A stretch of DNA of 64,000 nucleotides, taken from a virus. Below the pieces are notes generated by a model that saw only the letters and a program-made list of their open reading frames with translations, had not been told where the DNA came from and ran no database searches. Both the position numbers and the translations under genes were made by a program. The stretch lies in the IMG/VR virus record IMGVR_UViG_3300042451_001197, positions 42,820-106,819 of that record. One strand, 5' to 3'. Below, one piece after another: positions 30,735-40,267 of the stretch. The first letter of the stretch is position 1, and the number at the start of each line of letters is the position of its first letter.

Positions 30735-31592
30735 TTATTTGGTTTTATATTTCCCCAAAAAATTTTCAATTTCTTCTCTTGTTACGTTTACCGACTTATC
30801 ACCTAATTCTTCCATAAATTTTTCTTTAAGTTCAATTGGGATATTAATCTTTGAAAGTTTCAAATTAATTTTACCTTCTTTTGAATTGTCTAAATCCTTT
30901 TCAAAGAAAAAAATCGAAGCGTGTGTAATCTTTTCTGTATTTAACCCAAAAAGTTCATTTTTTTCAAAACCCGATTCACTTTCAACAATTTCAAACATAC
31001 CTCTAACCATAACACCTTTTTCGCCTTTAATTTGATAAGTTTCAGGATTATCTAAAATTTTATCTAAAGTTTCGTGAAGTTGTTTTCTTAATTGTTGCTC
31101 GTGAGTATCTTCTATGTCATTAATCATACTCGGACTTCCATAGGCATAAATTGTTTTGTCTTGTGATATTTCGGGTGAGAATTCCAAAACAATTTTCTTT
31201 TTTGGTCCAAACGTTTCAGGGTTATAAATTGTTGGAGTAATGCAAGCACCATCTAAAACGGGTTCGTGAATTTTTTTTGGGTCATACATTTCGGGAGTTA
31301 ATGCCAATGATAATAAATAACATTTTCCCTTAAATTTTTGATTTGGTCCGACTTTATAAGTTAGACTTTGTATTGTTTTTTTATTTTCATCAAGTGTAAC
31401 AGGATGTTTCATAATGACAATTTCATCACACTCCGAAAACTCTTCACATTGTTTAATCCTATCAATATATGGTTCAAGTTCTTCCCCATAAATCGTAATA
31501 TCAGTAAGACCCTGAATATTCAATAAATAACCTTTTTTATTTTCCAGTTCTCCCGAACTTAAAATTTCTTCCACTAATTCTTTTAATTTCAT
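30735..31592 (-). CDS. hypothetical protein
   Basis: 285-aa ORF. Confidence 0.7.
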   Translation of the reverse strand: MKLKELVEEILSSGELENKKGYLLNIQGLTDITIYGEELEPYIDRIKQCEEFSECDEIVIMKHPVTLDENKKTIQSLTYKVGPNQKFKGKCYLLSLALTPEMYDPKKIHEPVLDGACITPTIYNPETFGPKKKIVLEFSPEISQDKTIYAYGSPSMINDIEDTHEQQLRKQLHETLDKILDNPETYQIKGEKGVMVRGMFEIVESESGFEKNELFGLNTEKITHASIFFFEKDLDNSKEGKINLKLSKINIPIELKEKFMEELGDKSVNVTREEIENFLGKYKTK

Positions 31593-31923
31593 AATTTAAT
31601 TTGTATTATATAGTTTATTGTTAATCCAATTTTCCCTAAACTGATTTGTTTTCTCAGTTAGTTCTTGACTTTCTTCGGGTGTAAGAATTTTAATAACTCT
31701 TCTTGGTGTTCCATCTGGTCGTTCCAATAATTGTGGTGCAATAATTCCTTGGTTATACAACCAACTTGCTAACTTAAATTGTAATTTTACTAGTAGTGTT
31801 TCCATAATTTTTCATTTTGTTAATCTATATCCGACAAACCATAGGTCAACTCTGAAAAACCATAAACCATTATGTTTTCCTAGTCCAACCCTTAACATTC
31901 GGTTATCCTTGTCTAATTGGATT

Positions 31924-32274
31924 TTAGTTATTTTCATTTTTGAATAATTCAGTCCAATTTGTATTCTCATCCATTATTTCAATCTCAGAATCATATTCTT
32001 TTGATTTATCCATTAATGAATCGAGGACTCCTTTTGTGTAATATGTTCGAACACCATAATAGTCTTTTCTACATTTATAACAACTTCCCGAATTACCATA
32101 AAAGTAATAATAATCACCTTCTTCTTCAAGTTTTGTTATTCCACTATTAATTTTCCAAGCATCACCATTAAGATAACCACCAACCCAGGTTGCAAATACT
32201 TTGTGGTGAATTTGTTCTTTGTTTGTTATTTTTAATATAACCCAACCATCAGGTATTTCAGATACATTTCTCAT
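31924..32274 (-). CDS. conserved T4-like hypothetical protein (PDGWV..GGYL.GD.WKINSG..SGSCY.C)
   Basis: Motif recognition. Confidence 0.7.
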   Translation of the reverse strand: MRNVSEIPDGWVILKITNKEQIHHKVFATWVGGYLNGDAWKINSGITKLEEEGDYYYFYGNSGSCYKCRKDYYGVRTYYTKGVLDSLMDKSKEYDSEIEIMDENTNWTELFKNENN

Positions 32275-32323
32275 ATTATTTTATAATACAAAGATACAAA
32301 ATTTATTTGAATTAAACAAATTT

Positions 32324-33124
32324 TTAGATGGGTAAATTTACCTTTGATAGTAGTTGGTTTGAAACGTGAGTGTAAATTTCGGTAGTTTTTACATTTGAGT
32401 GACCTAATATTTTCTGAATTACTCTTATATCAGTACCATTCTCTAAAAGATTTGTTGCAAAACTATGTCTTAATTGATGTATGTGATATTTTTCACCCAA
32501 ATATTTTTTAACAATTTGATTACAACTACCAGAACTATATTGTAAACTATTTTGACCATTGAAAAGGTATTCTTTTGGTTGACACTCTTTGAAGTATATT
32601 CTTAATAAGAATAAGATGTTCTGGGAAAGTGGAACTACTCTATCTTTTCTACCTTTAGCGTTTTTAATATGAATAATCATTCTTTTGGAATCGATATCTT
32701 CAATTTTAAGGTTAATTACTTCCGATACTCTTAATCCGACCGAATAAGTTAAAGATAATATCGTTTTATGTTTAAGATTGGTAATTTTAGATAATTGTTC
32801 TTTAATATACTCTCCATCAATAACCTGTGGTAACTTCTTCTCAGATTTAGGTCGTTTGAATGAAACTTTATCATACTTCTTATTTAACCCAAATTTGTAA
32901 AGAAAACGGATTGCGTTTATTACTTGGTTTTGTTGAGATACTGAGGTGAATTTATAATTATCCAGATACGTTTGAAAATCTTTGGAATTGCAGTGTGTTA
33001 TTTGTTTAGCGCCTAACGTATTTAAGAAATTTCGTATATGCGAAAGATAATTATCGCGAGTTCTTGGTGAATAGTTTAAATATATAAACTTTTCTTCACA
33101 AATCTTTATAATTTTAGTGTTCAA
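32324..33124 (-). CDS. tyrosine recombinase, integron-integrase-like
   Basis: N-terminal YSPRT..Y SAM-like domain; GLRVSE, KGRKDR, HQLRHSFAT, LGH..TTEIY; adjacent to attC array. Confidence 0.9.
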   Translation of the reverse strand: MNTKIIKICEEKFIYLNYSPRTRDNYLSHIRNFLNTLGAKQITHCNSKDFQTYLDNYKFTSVSQQNQVINAIRFLYKFGLNKKYDKVSFKRPKSEKKLPQVIDGEYIKEQLSKITNLKHKTILSLTYSVGLRVSEVINLKIEDIDSKRMIIHIKNAKGRKDRVVPLSQNILFLLRIYFKECQPKEYLFNGQNSLQYSSGSCNQIVKKYLGEKYHIHQLRHSFATNLLENGTDIRVIQKILGHSNVKTTEIYTHVSNQLLSKVNLPI

Positions 33125-33149
33125 GTTATTTATTTTTAATCAGTTAGAC

Positions 33150-33177
33150 TATACTTGTTTATATATAATAGTTATAA
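33150..33177 (+). other. candidate attI site
   Basis: G^TTATAA core at 33171 just upstream of the divergent integrase; GTTATAAGTA complements TACTTATAAC of attC1. Confidence 0.6.
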
Positions 33178-33268
33178 GTAATTTTTGAAACCGAAGACCC
33201 GAACTTCTTTAGTACTCCCTAATCACACCCGAAAAGAGTAGTGATTCCCATAAGTTTCAAAAACATAC

Positions 33269-33322
33269 TTATAACAAATGATAAACAACATTAAAACGAT
33301 TGTTTATCATCAGTCGTTAGGT
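33269..33322 (+). other. attC site 1
   Basis: TTATAAC..ATGATAAACAA/TTGTTTATCAT..GTTAGGT. Confidence 0.8.
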
Positions 33323-33331
33323 TCAATTAAA

Positions 33332-33553
33332 TTATTGTTTTGAGTTTAATATATTTTTCTCAACCCATTCAGAAGAAAAATATGGTAGTCCTTCTTCATT
33401 GATAACTCTATTCAAATCTTCAACAAGTTCCTTTCTTTGTGTCATTTGTTTCAATTTTTCTTCTTCATTAAATTTCATACACTCTCTATCAAACTTAATA
33501 CGTTCTTTCATATCAAGATTTTTATACATTTCAAATAATTCTTTCATTTTCAT
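33332..33553 (-). CDS. cassette ORF, hypothetical (MKMKELFEMY...)
   Basis: Lies between attC1 and attC2. Confidence 0.65.
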   Translation of the reverse strand: MKMKELFEMYKNLDMKERIKFDRECMKFNEEEKLKQMTQRKELVEDLNRVINEEGLPYFSSEWVEKNILNSKQ

Positions 33554-33592
33554 ATTTATATTTTTTAATTTGTAAAACAATAATTTAACTAA

Positions 33593-33646
33593 ACCTAACA
33601 AATGATAAACAACATTAAAACGATTGTTTATCATCGGACGTTAGTG
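33593..33646 (+). other. attC site 2
   Basis: Nearly identical to attC1; AACCTAAC complements the cassette start GTTAGGTT. Confidence 0.8.
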
Positions 33647-33853
33647 GCAATTTGAGCCAAATAAATAATTATATTCGTTCATATACCATTTTTCATCTAT
33701 TGAATGTTGTATAAATCTAAGAGGATGTGTGCTTTTTAAGCATTTATTGCGTATTTTAGCTAATGCCTCTGAATGAGATAAACTGCCACTAACAACAGAT
33801 ATAATCAATGGTGAGAATATCTTTTCATCTAACCTTTGTTCTTTATTCATCAT
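33641..33853 (-). CDS. cassette ORF starting inside attC3
   Basis: LIISVVSGS encoded by the L''/R'' arm. Confidence 0.6.
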   Translation of the reverse strand: MMNKEQRLDEKIFSPLIISVVSGSLSHSEALAKIRNKCLKSTHPLRFIQHSIDEKWYMNEYNYLFGSNCH

Positions 33854-33911
33854 TTTTTGTTTTTAAATTTGTTCCTTTTACACCACTGATTATATCTGCA
33901 AACCGTTAGTG
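33787..33911 (+). other. attC site 3
   Basis: TGCCACTAAC..CAGATATAATCAATGGTG / CACCACTGATTATATCTG..GTTAGTG. Confidence 0.78.
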
Positions 33912-33916
33912 ATAAT

Positions 33917-34159
33917 TTATTTCTTAACAATCTTATATCCAAATTTGTCCAAAAGTTCTCTTATTTCCTTAGGTATTTCTCTTTCCATACCACCACAACT
34001 CATTCTGGTTCCAAGTGGTATTCTTTCCCAAATTTTCATAAGTAGTGTTAAAGTTTCCTTCGGAGATAAACTATCACTAACATCAGATATATTCAAGTTT
34101 TCTGATTCAGTTAGTTTCTGTTTGAAAGTGTCTATGTATTTTCTCATTTCGTGTTTCAT
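33917..34159 (-). CDS. cassette ORF starting inside attC4, MKHEMRKYIDTFKQKLTESE leader
   Basis: LNISDVSDS encoded by the attC arm. Confidence 0.65.
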   Translation of the reverse strand: MKHEMRKYIDTFKQKLTESENLNISDVSDSLSPKETLTLLMKIWERIPLGTRMSCGGMEREIPKEIRELLDKFGYKIVKK

Positions 34160-34216
34160 AATTTTGTTTTATATATAAATATCAGAAAACCTAAATATAT
34201 CTGAGTACCGTTATAT
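34075..34216 (+). other. attC site 4
   Basis: TATCACTAAC..TCAGATATATTCAAGTTTTCTGAT / ATCAGAAAACCTAAATATATCTGA..GTTATAT. Confidence 0.75.
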
Positions 34217-34888
34217 ATCAAAAACATTTCCATTACTACATAATTTACCAAACTTACCATCTGTTACCACACTACCATTACTGAATATGGTATCGATATT
34301 CGGTATCTTTCTAACACCAGAGTTTATAATGTCCTCACAATTGTGTATGTGTCCGAATAAAGATAACTTTGGTTTAATCTCAAAGATACGTTTTCTTAAA
34401 GATGTGTCACCACAAAACTCCAATTCGTTTTCTCTATTATAAGATAAATCTAAGATTGTGCTTGGTGGTCCGTGAGTGATAACAATATCGGTATCAGTTG
34501 GAATCTGTTTCCAAACTTCGTGGGTTTTCATTCTGTTTTTATTGAATGCCCATCCTATACCAAATGTTGGTGTTATCGGAGAACCCCATATCTTAATTCC
34601 TTCAATCTCAACGGACTCGTTCTCCAAGTAAATTATTCCACCATCATTGAAATTATCTTTTGTGATATATTTTCTTTCTATTGATGTGTCGTGATTTCCC
34701 GAAACAAAAATCTTATACTTTATAGGTAAAGATTTATACCACTCAATAAAGTTTTCCATCTCAATCTTGTTTGGTAAAGGTTCTCTTGGGTTGGTTGCGT
34801 CTCCACTATGGATGACCATATCAATATTCTCGGGTATTGTTAATAACCCGTGAAAGGTGTGAGTGTCAGATATGTGCCAGATTTTCAT
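34211..34888 (-). CDS. metallophosphoesterase
   Basis: HISDTH, IHSGD, SGNHD, THGPP, FGHIH; likely start MKIWH. Confidence 0.9.
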   Translation of the reverse strand: MKIWHISDTHTFHGLLTIPENIDMVIHSGDATNPREPLPNKIEMENFIEWYKSLPIKYKIFVSGNHDTSIERKYITKDNFNDGGIIYLENESVEIEGIKIWGSPITPTFGIGWAFNKNRMKTHEVWKQIPTDTDIVITHGPPSTILDLSYNRENELEFCGDTSLRKRIFEIKPKLSLFGHIHNCEDIINSGVRKIPNIDTIFSNGSVVTDGKFGKLCSNGNVFDI

Positions 34889-34944
34889 AATACAAAGATA
34901 CGAAATTATTCTCAAATAACCAAAAAAAATGTATATTTATTAAT

Positions 34945-35601
34945 ATGAGGAAATTAATAAGAAAATTATTAAGGGAGGAAATGTTGTCAAAAATTAAAAA
35001 TTATAAAGAAAATACGTCCATATTAAAAGAAGATGATACGATATCCGTAGTAACATTAATAAGTACTGACGAATCTAGTAATGATAAATTGTGGTTATTC
35101 GTATCGTTTAAAAATTTCGGTAATTATAGCGAATATTCATATTCATTCATAGTTACCGACAAAAATAACTCCCCCCTCACAAATTATATTACTAAAAGAG
35201 AAGATGTTAGTTATTTCATACCGATAGAATTAAAACATAAAAAACAAATATTTCCGATAATTATGGATTCAACTAGAAAATTAATGGACGAAGAATTACC
35301 TCAAAATATATACAGGAAAACCGTAGAACCAATAGAAGGTAATTCATTAAAAAGATATGAAGAAATAACCAATATTATGGTTAATGAATATGGTTATAAA
35401 TTAATTGAATATTCGAAAGATAAATGGGGTTATACATATTGGAAATTAAGTAGGGAAAATGTGACAGATGATAATAAAAATATGAATGAATCTTACGAGA
35501 TAACTCATTCATATACATTAGAAGAGACTTTAAGACAAACAAATGATTGTTTATTACCTAAATTATCATTCTTAAATCTCGAACCTATTTTCAAGAATTA
35601 A
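34945..35601 (+). CDS. hypothetical protein, MRKLIRKLLREE leader
   Basis: ORF track; TATTTAT upstream. Confidence 0.7.
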   Translation: MRKLIRKLLREEMLSKIKNYKENTSILKEDDTISVVTLISTDESSNDKLWLFVSFKNFGNYSEYSYSFIVTDKNNSPLTNYITKREDVSYFIPIELKHKKQIFPIIMDSTRKLMDEELPQNIYRKTVEPIEGNSLKRYEEITNIMVNEYGYKLIEYSKDKWGYTYWKLSRENVTDDNKNMNESYEITHSYTLEETLRQTNDCLLPKLSFLNLEPIFKN

Positions 35602-35665
35602 CGTCTAAACCGATAACTTTTGATTGGATTTTACCAAAATTACCAAAAATTAAATAATTATTAAT

Positions 35666-36259
35666 ATGAGATTTATCGTTACTGAAACACAATATAGGAA
35701 ATTTGCAAAAAGTTCTGTAAACTTACAAAATGTAATATACAAATACCTAAATAACTACATATCAAGTGGTGAAAGAAAAATAGGCAAAAAATCTCGTAAT
35801 TACGGTAATCTTCGTGAGGATTGGTGTATTAATGGTAAAGAAGAAATCACATCCGTTTATTACTTTGAGAATGGTGAAATATATGAAGGTATGTTATTTG
35901 TTAATGAAGAATTAGTTAAAACAATATCATCAGTTTTTAGTGTTAGAAAATCATTTGTCCTTACTTGTATTGAAGAGTGGTATGATGATATTATGGTTCC
36001 GAAATTTGAACAACTTATTGGTGAATCGGGTTTATTCATTAGTGAAATTGGTACTCTTGATAAAATACATCAATGTATTCCAGAACCTGTAAAACCCGAA
36101 GGAATTACTGATGATGAAATGATTGATTTTATTGCTAACAATACATTATATAGGAAAAATGAAGTTATTAAAATGATTGAGTCGGGTGAAAGGGAACTTG
36201 AAGATTTCTATTTGGATATTGTCGATACGGTAAATAGAAAAAAACAACTAGGGTATTAA
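35666..36259 (+). CDS. hypothetical protein, MRFIVTETQ leader
   Basis: ORF track. Confidence 0.7.
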   Translation: MRFIVTETQYRKFAKSSVNLQNVIYKYLNNYISSGERKIGKKSRNYGNLREDWCINGKEEITSVYYFENGEIYEGMLFVNEELVKTISSVFSVRKSFVLTCIEEWYDDIMVPKFEQLIGESGLFISEIGTLDKIHQCIPEPVKPEGITDDEMIDFIANNTLYRKNEVIKMIESGERELEDFYLDIVDTVNRKKQLGY

Positions 36260-36262
36260 ACT

Positions 36263-37067
36263 CTACTTTAATATCTTAGTCAATTTTTTAATCAACTTAA
36301 CACTTTCATCTATTTGTTCTTCTTCTACTAATCGAACATTCATACCTGAAAAAGTTAAATACATTGTGTTAACAAAACCATATATACTTTTGAAAGTATC
36401 AATAAATATTTCTCTTAATTCTTCAGCCAGTGAACCTCCAATAATATCACCAAAATCTTCTCCATTTTCAAAGTCAGGTGGATCGCCATAATGATATTCT
36501 TTCCATTGTTTATAACCCCAGTCTTCATAAACAAATATTTCACCTTCCATAGTTATATAATGACCATTAAACCCTGCGGAACTAACATCAATTCTAACAA
36601 ACCAATCGTATTGTTGTTTAAGTACTTTGTTTAATATTAAATTAAACATTCTTAATTCGTGTCCGTCTAATTTCATATTACCATTGTCTTTTTTCTTCAG
36701 GGAATGTATTTATACTATCTTCCGATTCTATTTTTATCACAGGTACAAATTTTTTAACCTCATTTCTAAGCTCAATAAGTAAAAAATCCGTATCGATAAA
36801 ACTATAATTATTATATTTAATTACAACAACAATTATAAAACTTTCATTATGTTTTTTAACGTCAGTAACTTCAACATTTAAACCTGAATCTATTAACTCA
36901 CAAGTACTATAACTAACATATTCATCATCTTCAGTATTAAGATTTTCACACATATATTTTAAAGTATCGATAGCTTCATCAACTACGTGTTGAATCATTT
37001 CTATTTTACGACCCCTATTAGTTATTTCTTCTTTTATTATTTTCTTTATAGTTTGTCTTAAATTCAT
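36263..37067 (-). CDS. two hypothetical genes (36263-36676; 36678-37067 with MNLRQTIKKIIKEE leader)
   Basis: ORF track. Confidence 0.7.
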
Positions 37068-37117
37068 TAATGATAAATATTTATTGATTATGAAATATTC
37101 TAAAACAAAAACAATTT

Positions 37118-37504
37118 ATGGATATTAATGTAGTTTCATTATTAATTCTCGATAGAAAAAATAAGTTTTTATTACTTAAAAAAACTGATGACGGTAAATG
37201 GGGTTTGCCAGGTGGTCACTTAACCACGGGTGAAACTCCAAAACAAGGTTTGGTTAGAGAAATAAAAGAAGAATTGGGTATTAACATAAAATCCAAAAAT
37301 TATCATTTTTTAAAAAAATATATGAAAGGTAAAAAAGAACTTAATGTTTTTTATTTGAAGGACGATATTGATTCTAACGATATTAAATTATCTGAAGAAC
37401 ATTCTGAATTTGATTTTTTCTCATATAAACAAATTATGGATTTAAGAGGCAAGTCAATTTCTTCAAATTTGGATTTCATTTTGGATTATTTAAATAATAA
37501 TTAA
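37118..37504 (+). CDS. NUDIX hydrolase
   Basis: WGLPGGHLTTGETPKQGLVREIKEELG Nudix box; LSEEH. Confidence 0.9.
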   Translation: MDINVVSLLILDRKNKFLLLKKTDDGKWGLPGGHLTTGETPKQGLVREIKEELGINIKSKNYHFLKKYMKGKKELNVFYLKDDIDSNDIKLSEEHSEFDFFSYKQIMDLRGKSISSNLDFILDYLNNN

Positions 37505-37517
37505 TATATTTATAGGT

Positions 37518-38350
37518 ATGGAAGACAGATCAGAATTAGAAAATTACTCAGATAAAGTAATTCACATTTTACTTAAAAAAACTATGGACGAATTTGGTTC
37601 AGAGTTTGATTTTAACCATAATAATCCTCCAATGGAAGATAGTGATTTTATTTCAGCATTAGATTCATCATTAAAATTATTAGGTAATCACAATGGAAAT
37701 ATTGAAGATATTAATTACATTTCATCGTTAATTTTATTAAATGATGGTTATGATTTTTCATCGGATAAACCAACCTCAAAATTAAAAAGACCTCAAGGTT
37801 TTTTATATACTTTTGATGTTGATGAACACAGAACCGAATATGTTAGAAGAACTCATAAAGTGGATGTATTTTCGTATGATGAAAAATTGGTTTTTGATAC
37901 TTTCCGTTACGCAGAAGGTGAAGGTGTGGTATCATATTATGATTATCCTGAAACTGATACCGACTATTACGATGGTGAAACTACTGATGTAAATTATGAT
38001 AGAGCCTCTTTAAGAAAAATTAAATAATGCTTGAGAAAGTTTTAGAAATTATCTACAATAGAATTAATCAACTTGAAAATGAAATTAATTCTTTTTTGGT
38101 ACTTTCAAACGAAATTGATTTAAAAAATATTAATAGTCGTATTGAAGAATTAGAGGATTTAGTTAATTTTTTAATTGAGATGAATGGTAACGAATCTTTA
38201 GATATTAGATTGTTAAAATTAAGAATTGTTCTTCTAATTAAATTAGAGGAATATGAAATCGCTAATAGAATTAAAAATTGGATTATCGAATTAGGTGGTG
38301 ATCCTGATATATCGGAATACATAAATTCCGATAAAACAAAAAAAATTTAA
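37518..38350 (+). CDS. two hypothetical genes (37518-38027; 38027-38350 with UVR-like EEYEIA)
   Basis: ORF track. Confidence 0.65.
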
Positions 38351-38352
38351 AT

Positions 38353-38766
38353 ATGGAATTAAATGTAAAAAAAATTGATGGTAAAAATGTATCCCCAGTT
38401 TTACCTGAAAATGTTAAAAACTATCTTATCGATATTGATGGGACTATATGTGAGGATATCCCCAACGAGGAACCTCATAGGATGGTCGATGCTGAGTTAT
38501 TTCCTGACGCATTAATTATTTTAAATAAATGGTACGATGAGGGTCATATTATCACTTTCTTTACGTCAAGAACGGAATTACATCGAGAAGTTACTGAAAC
38601 TTGGTTAAAAAAACACGGGTTTAAATATCACGGATTATTGATGGGTAAACCTAGAGGAGGTAATTACCATTGGATAGATAATCATATTGTTAGAGCAACT
38701 AGATATGAAGGTAAATTTACTGATTTAGTTGAGAGAACATCAAAAATACAGGTATTTGAAAAATGA
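38353..38766 (+). CDS. small HAD-family phosphatase
   Basis: LIDIDGTI, FTSR, LLMGKP, WIDN. Confidence 0.85.
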   Translation: MELNVKKIDGKNVSPVLPENVKNYLIDIDGTICEDIPNEEPHRMVDAELFPDALIILNKWYDEGHIITFFTSRTELHREVTETWLKKHGFKYHGLLMGKPRGGNYHWIDNHIVRATRYEGKFTDLVERTSKIQVFEK

Positions 38767-38973
38767 AAAAAGAATTAGAGTTTAACAAGGTTATTAAGGA
38801 GTTAGGTGAAAATTTAACTAAAATCGAATATAATAATGGTGATGTTTCTGATATTGGAAATGAGGTAGGTTATATTTTAGGTAATTTACTTAAAAATATG
38901 TCAGAAAAAGAAATAAATGAGTTCATTTTCGGTTTTAGACACGGAGTAAGTTTAACTAATGGAACTCATTCTT

Positions 38974-40260
38974 TTAGTTGAGTAATTTCTTACTTTGTTT
39001 TTGTCTGTGAAAATTAATCACAAATCTGTGAACTTCTTCTTGAACTTTACCCAATATAGTAAATGTAGTATTACTTAATATTGAATGAGTTTTACCATCA
39101 ATAGTATGGACTATAGATGATTTATGATTACTATCTTTAGATACGGATATCAAGTCAACTTTGTTTAGAATACCTAATCGTTCAAATACTTTTATTGCAA
39201 CATTCAATTGTCCTTTACCTCCATCAATCAAAACAAGATTAGGTAGTTGTTGTTTTTCTTTTATTAGTTTACCAAATCTTCTGTTAAGAATCTCATCAAA
39301 AGACGCATAGTCATCAATACCCTGAAAAGATTTTATATTATATTTTCTATAATCATTCTTGTTCGGTATTTCATTTATAAACCTAACTGATGCGGCAACA
39401 TTAGAATCTCCCTGATTATGTGAATTATCAAAACCTTCAATGATTAATGGTACGTTGTTAAGGTTAAGTAACTTTTTAAGTTCAAAAGCATTTTTATTTG
39501 ATTTTCTGATTCTAATTGTTTCAACTTTACTTTCAAGTTCTTTAATCATTTCTACCTTTGAGTGTAGGTTTCCCGCAATTTCAAACTCCAATTTGTCTGA
39601 ATGATACTTAACAAGTTTTTTTAATTTGTTCTCAACATATTTCAAATCCAATTCAAATATTTTTTTAACCAATTGGATTTTTGATTGATATATTATCTCG
39701 GTAATTTTGTTTACGCAAGGACCTGAACATCTCATCATTTGATACTCTAAACAAATTTTGAATTTACCTTTATCAATGTTTTCTTGGGTAAGGTCATACG
39801 AACAACTTCTCAGGTCTATAATGTCGTGTATTAGGTTATAAACCTCTCTACAAAGAAGTCCACTTGTGAAATCTAAACTATCTCTATTATCTGTATTGTT
39901 TCTAACAATTTCAAGTTTTGGAAATCTTTCATCTGTTATACAGATTGACCACTTTCTTGTTTTATCATCTTTACCTTTTATGTTAAACTTTGGTTTGTAA
40001 ACTTTAATAAGTTCTTCTTCCATTAGAATCGCTTCCTGTTCTGAAGAAGTTATAACAAAATCAACATCTTTAATTTGTTCAACAAGGTATTTTGTTTTTT
40101 GATTATCGTGATTTTTTTGGAAATAGGATGTAACTCTTTTTGGTAAGAATTTTGACATACCAACATAGATTATTTGGTCTTTGTCATCTTTGAATAAATA
40201 ACACCCAGGAAATTGTGGTATATTTTTTAGTTTCTCTGTTATCACATTACAAAGATACAA
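38974..40260 (-). CDS. uvrC: UvrC-like excinuclease (GIY-YIG + UVR + RNase H-like; no C-terminal HhH)
   Basis: PGCYLF..IIYVG, PKFNI, IEGFDNSH, DDYAS, PNLVLIDGGKGQL, EEVHRF. Confidence 0.88.
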   Translation of the reverse strand: MYLCNVITEKLKNIPQFPGCYLFKDDKDQIIYVGMSKFLPKRVTSYFQKNHDNQKTKYLVEQIKDVDFVITSSEQEAILMEEELIKVYKPKFNIKGKDDKTRKWSICITDERFPKLEIVRNNTDNRDSLDFTSGLLCREVYNLIHDIIDLRSCSYDLTQENIDKGKFKICLEYQMMRCSGPCVNKITEIIYQSKIQLVKKIFELDLKYVENKLKKLVKYHSDKLEFEIAGNLHSKVEMIKELESKVETIRIRKSNKNAFELKKLLNLNNVPLIIEGFDNSHNQGDSNVAASVRFINEIPNKNDYRKYNIKSFQGIDDYASFDEILNRRFGKLIKEKQQLPNLVLIDGGKGQLNVAIKVFERLGILNKVDLISVSKDSNHKSSIVHTIDGKTHSILSNTTFTILGKVQEEVHRFVINFHRQKQSKKLLN

Positions 40261-40267
40261 AAAAAAA

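Noticed and set aside
33554-33634. N-terminal extension MINNRFNVVYH of ORF 33332-33634
   Set aside because: It derives from the attC2 palindrome; MKMKELF at 33553 is the more plausible start, though this is not proven.
34211-34920. Metallophosphoesterase as a fifth integron cassette
   Set aside because: No matching R'' box or palindromic attC is seen after it.
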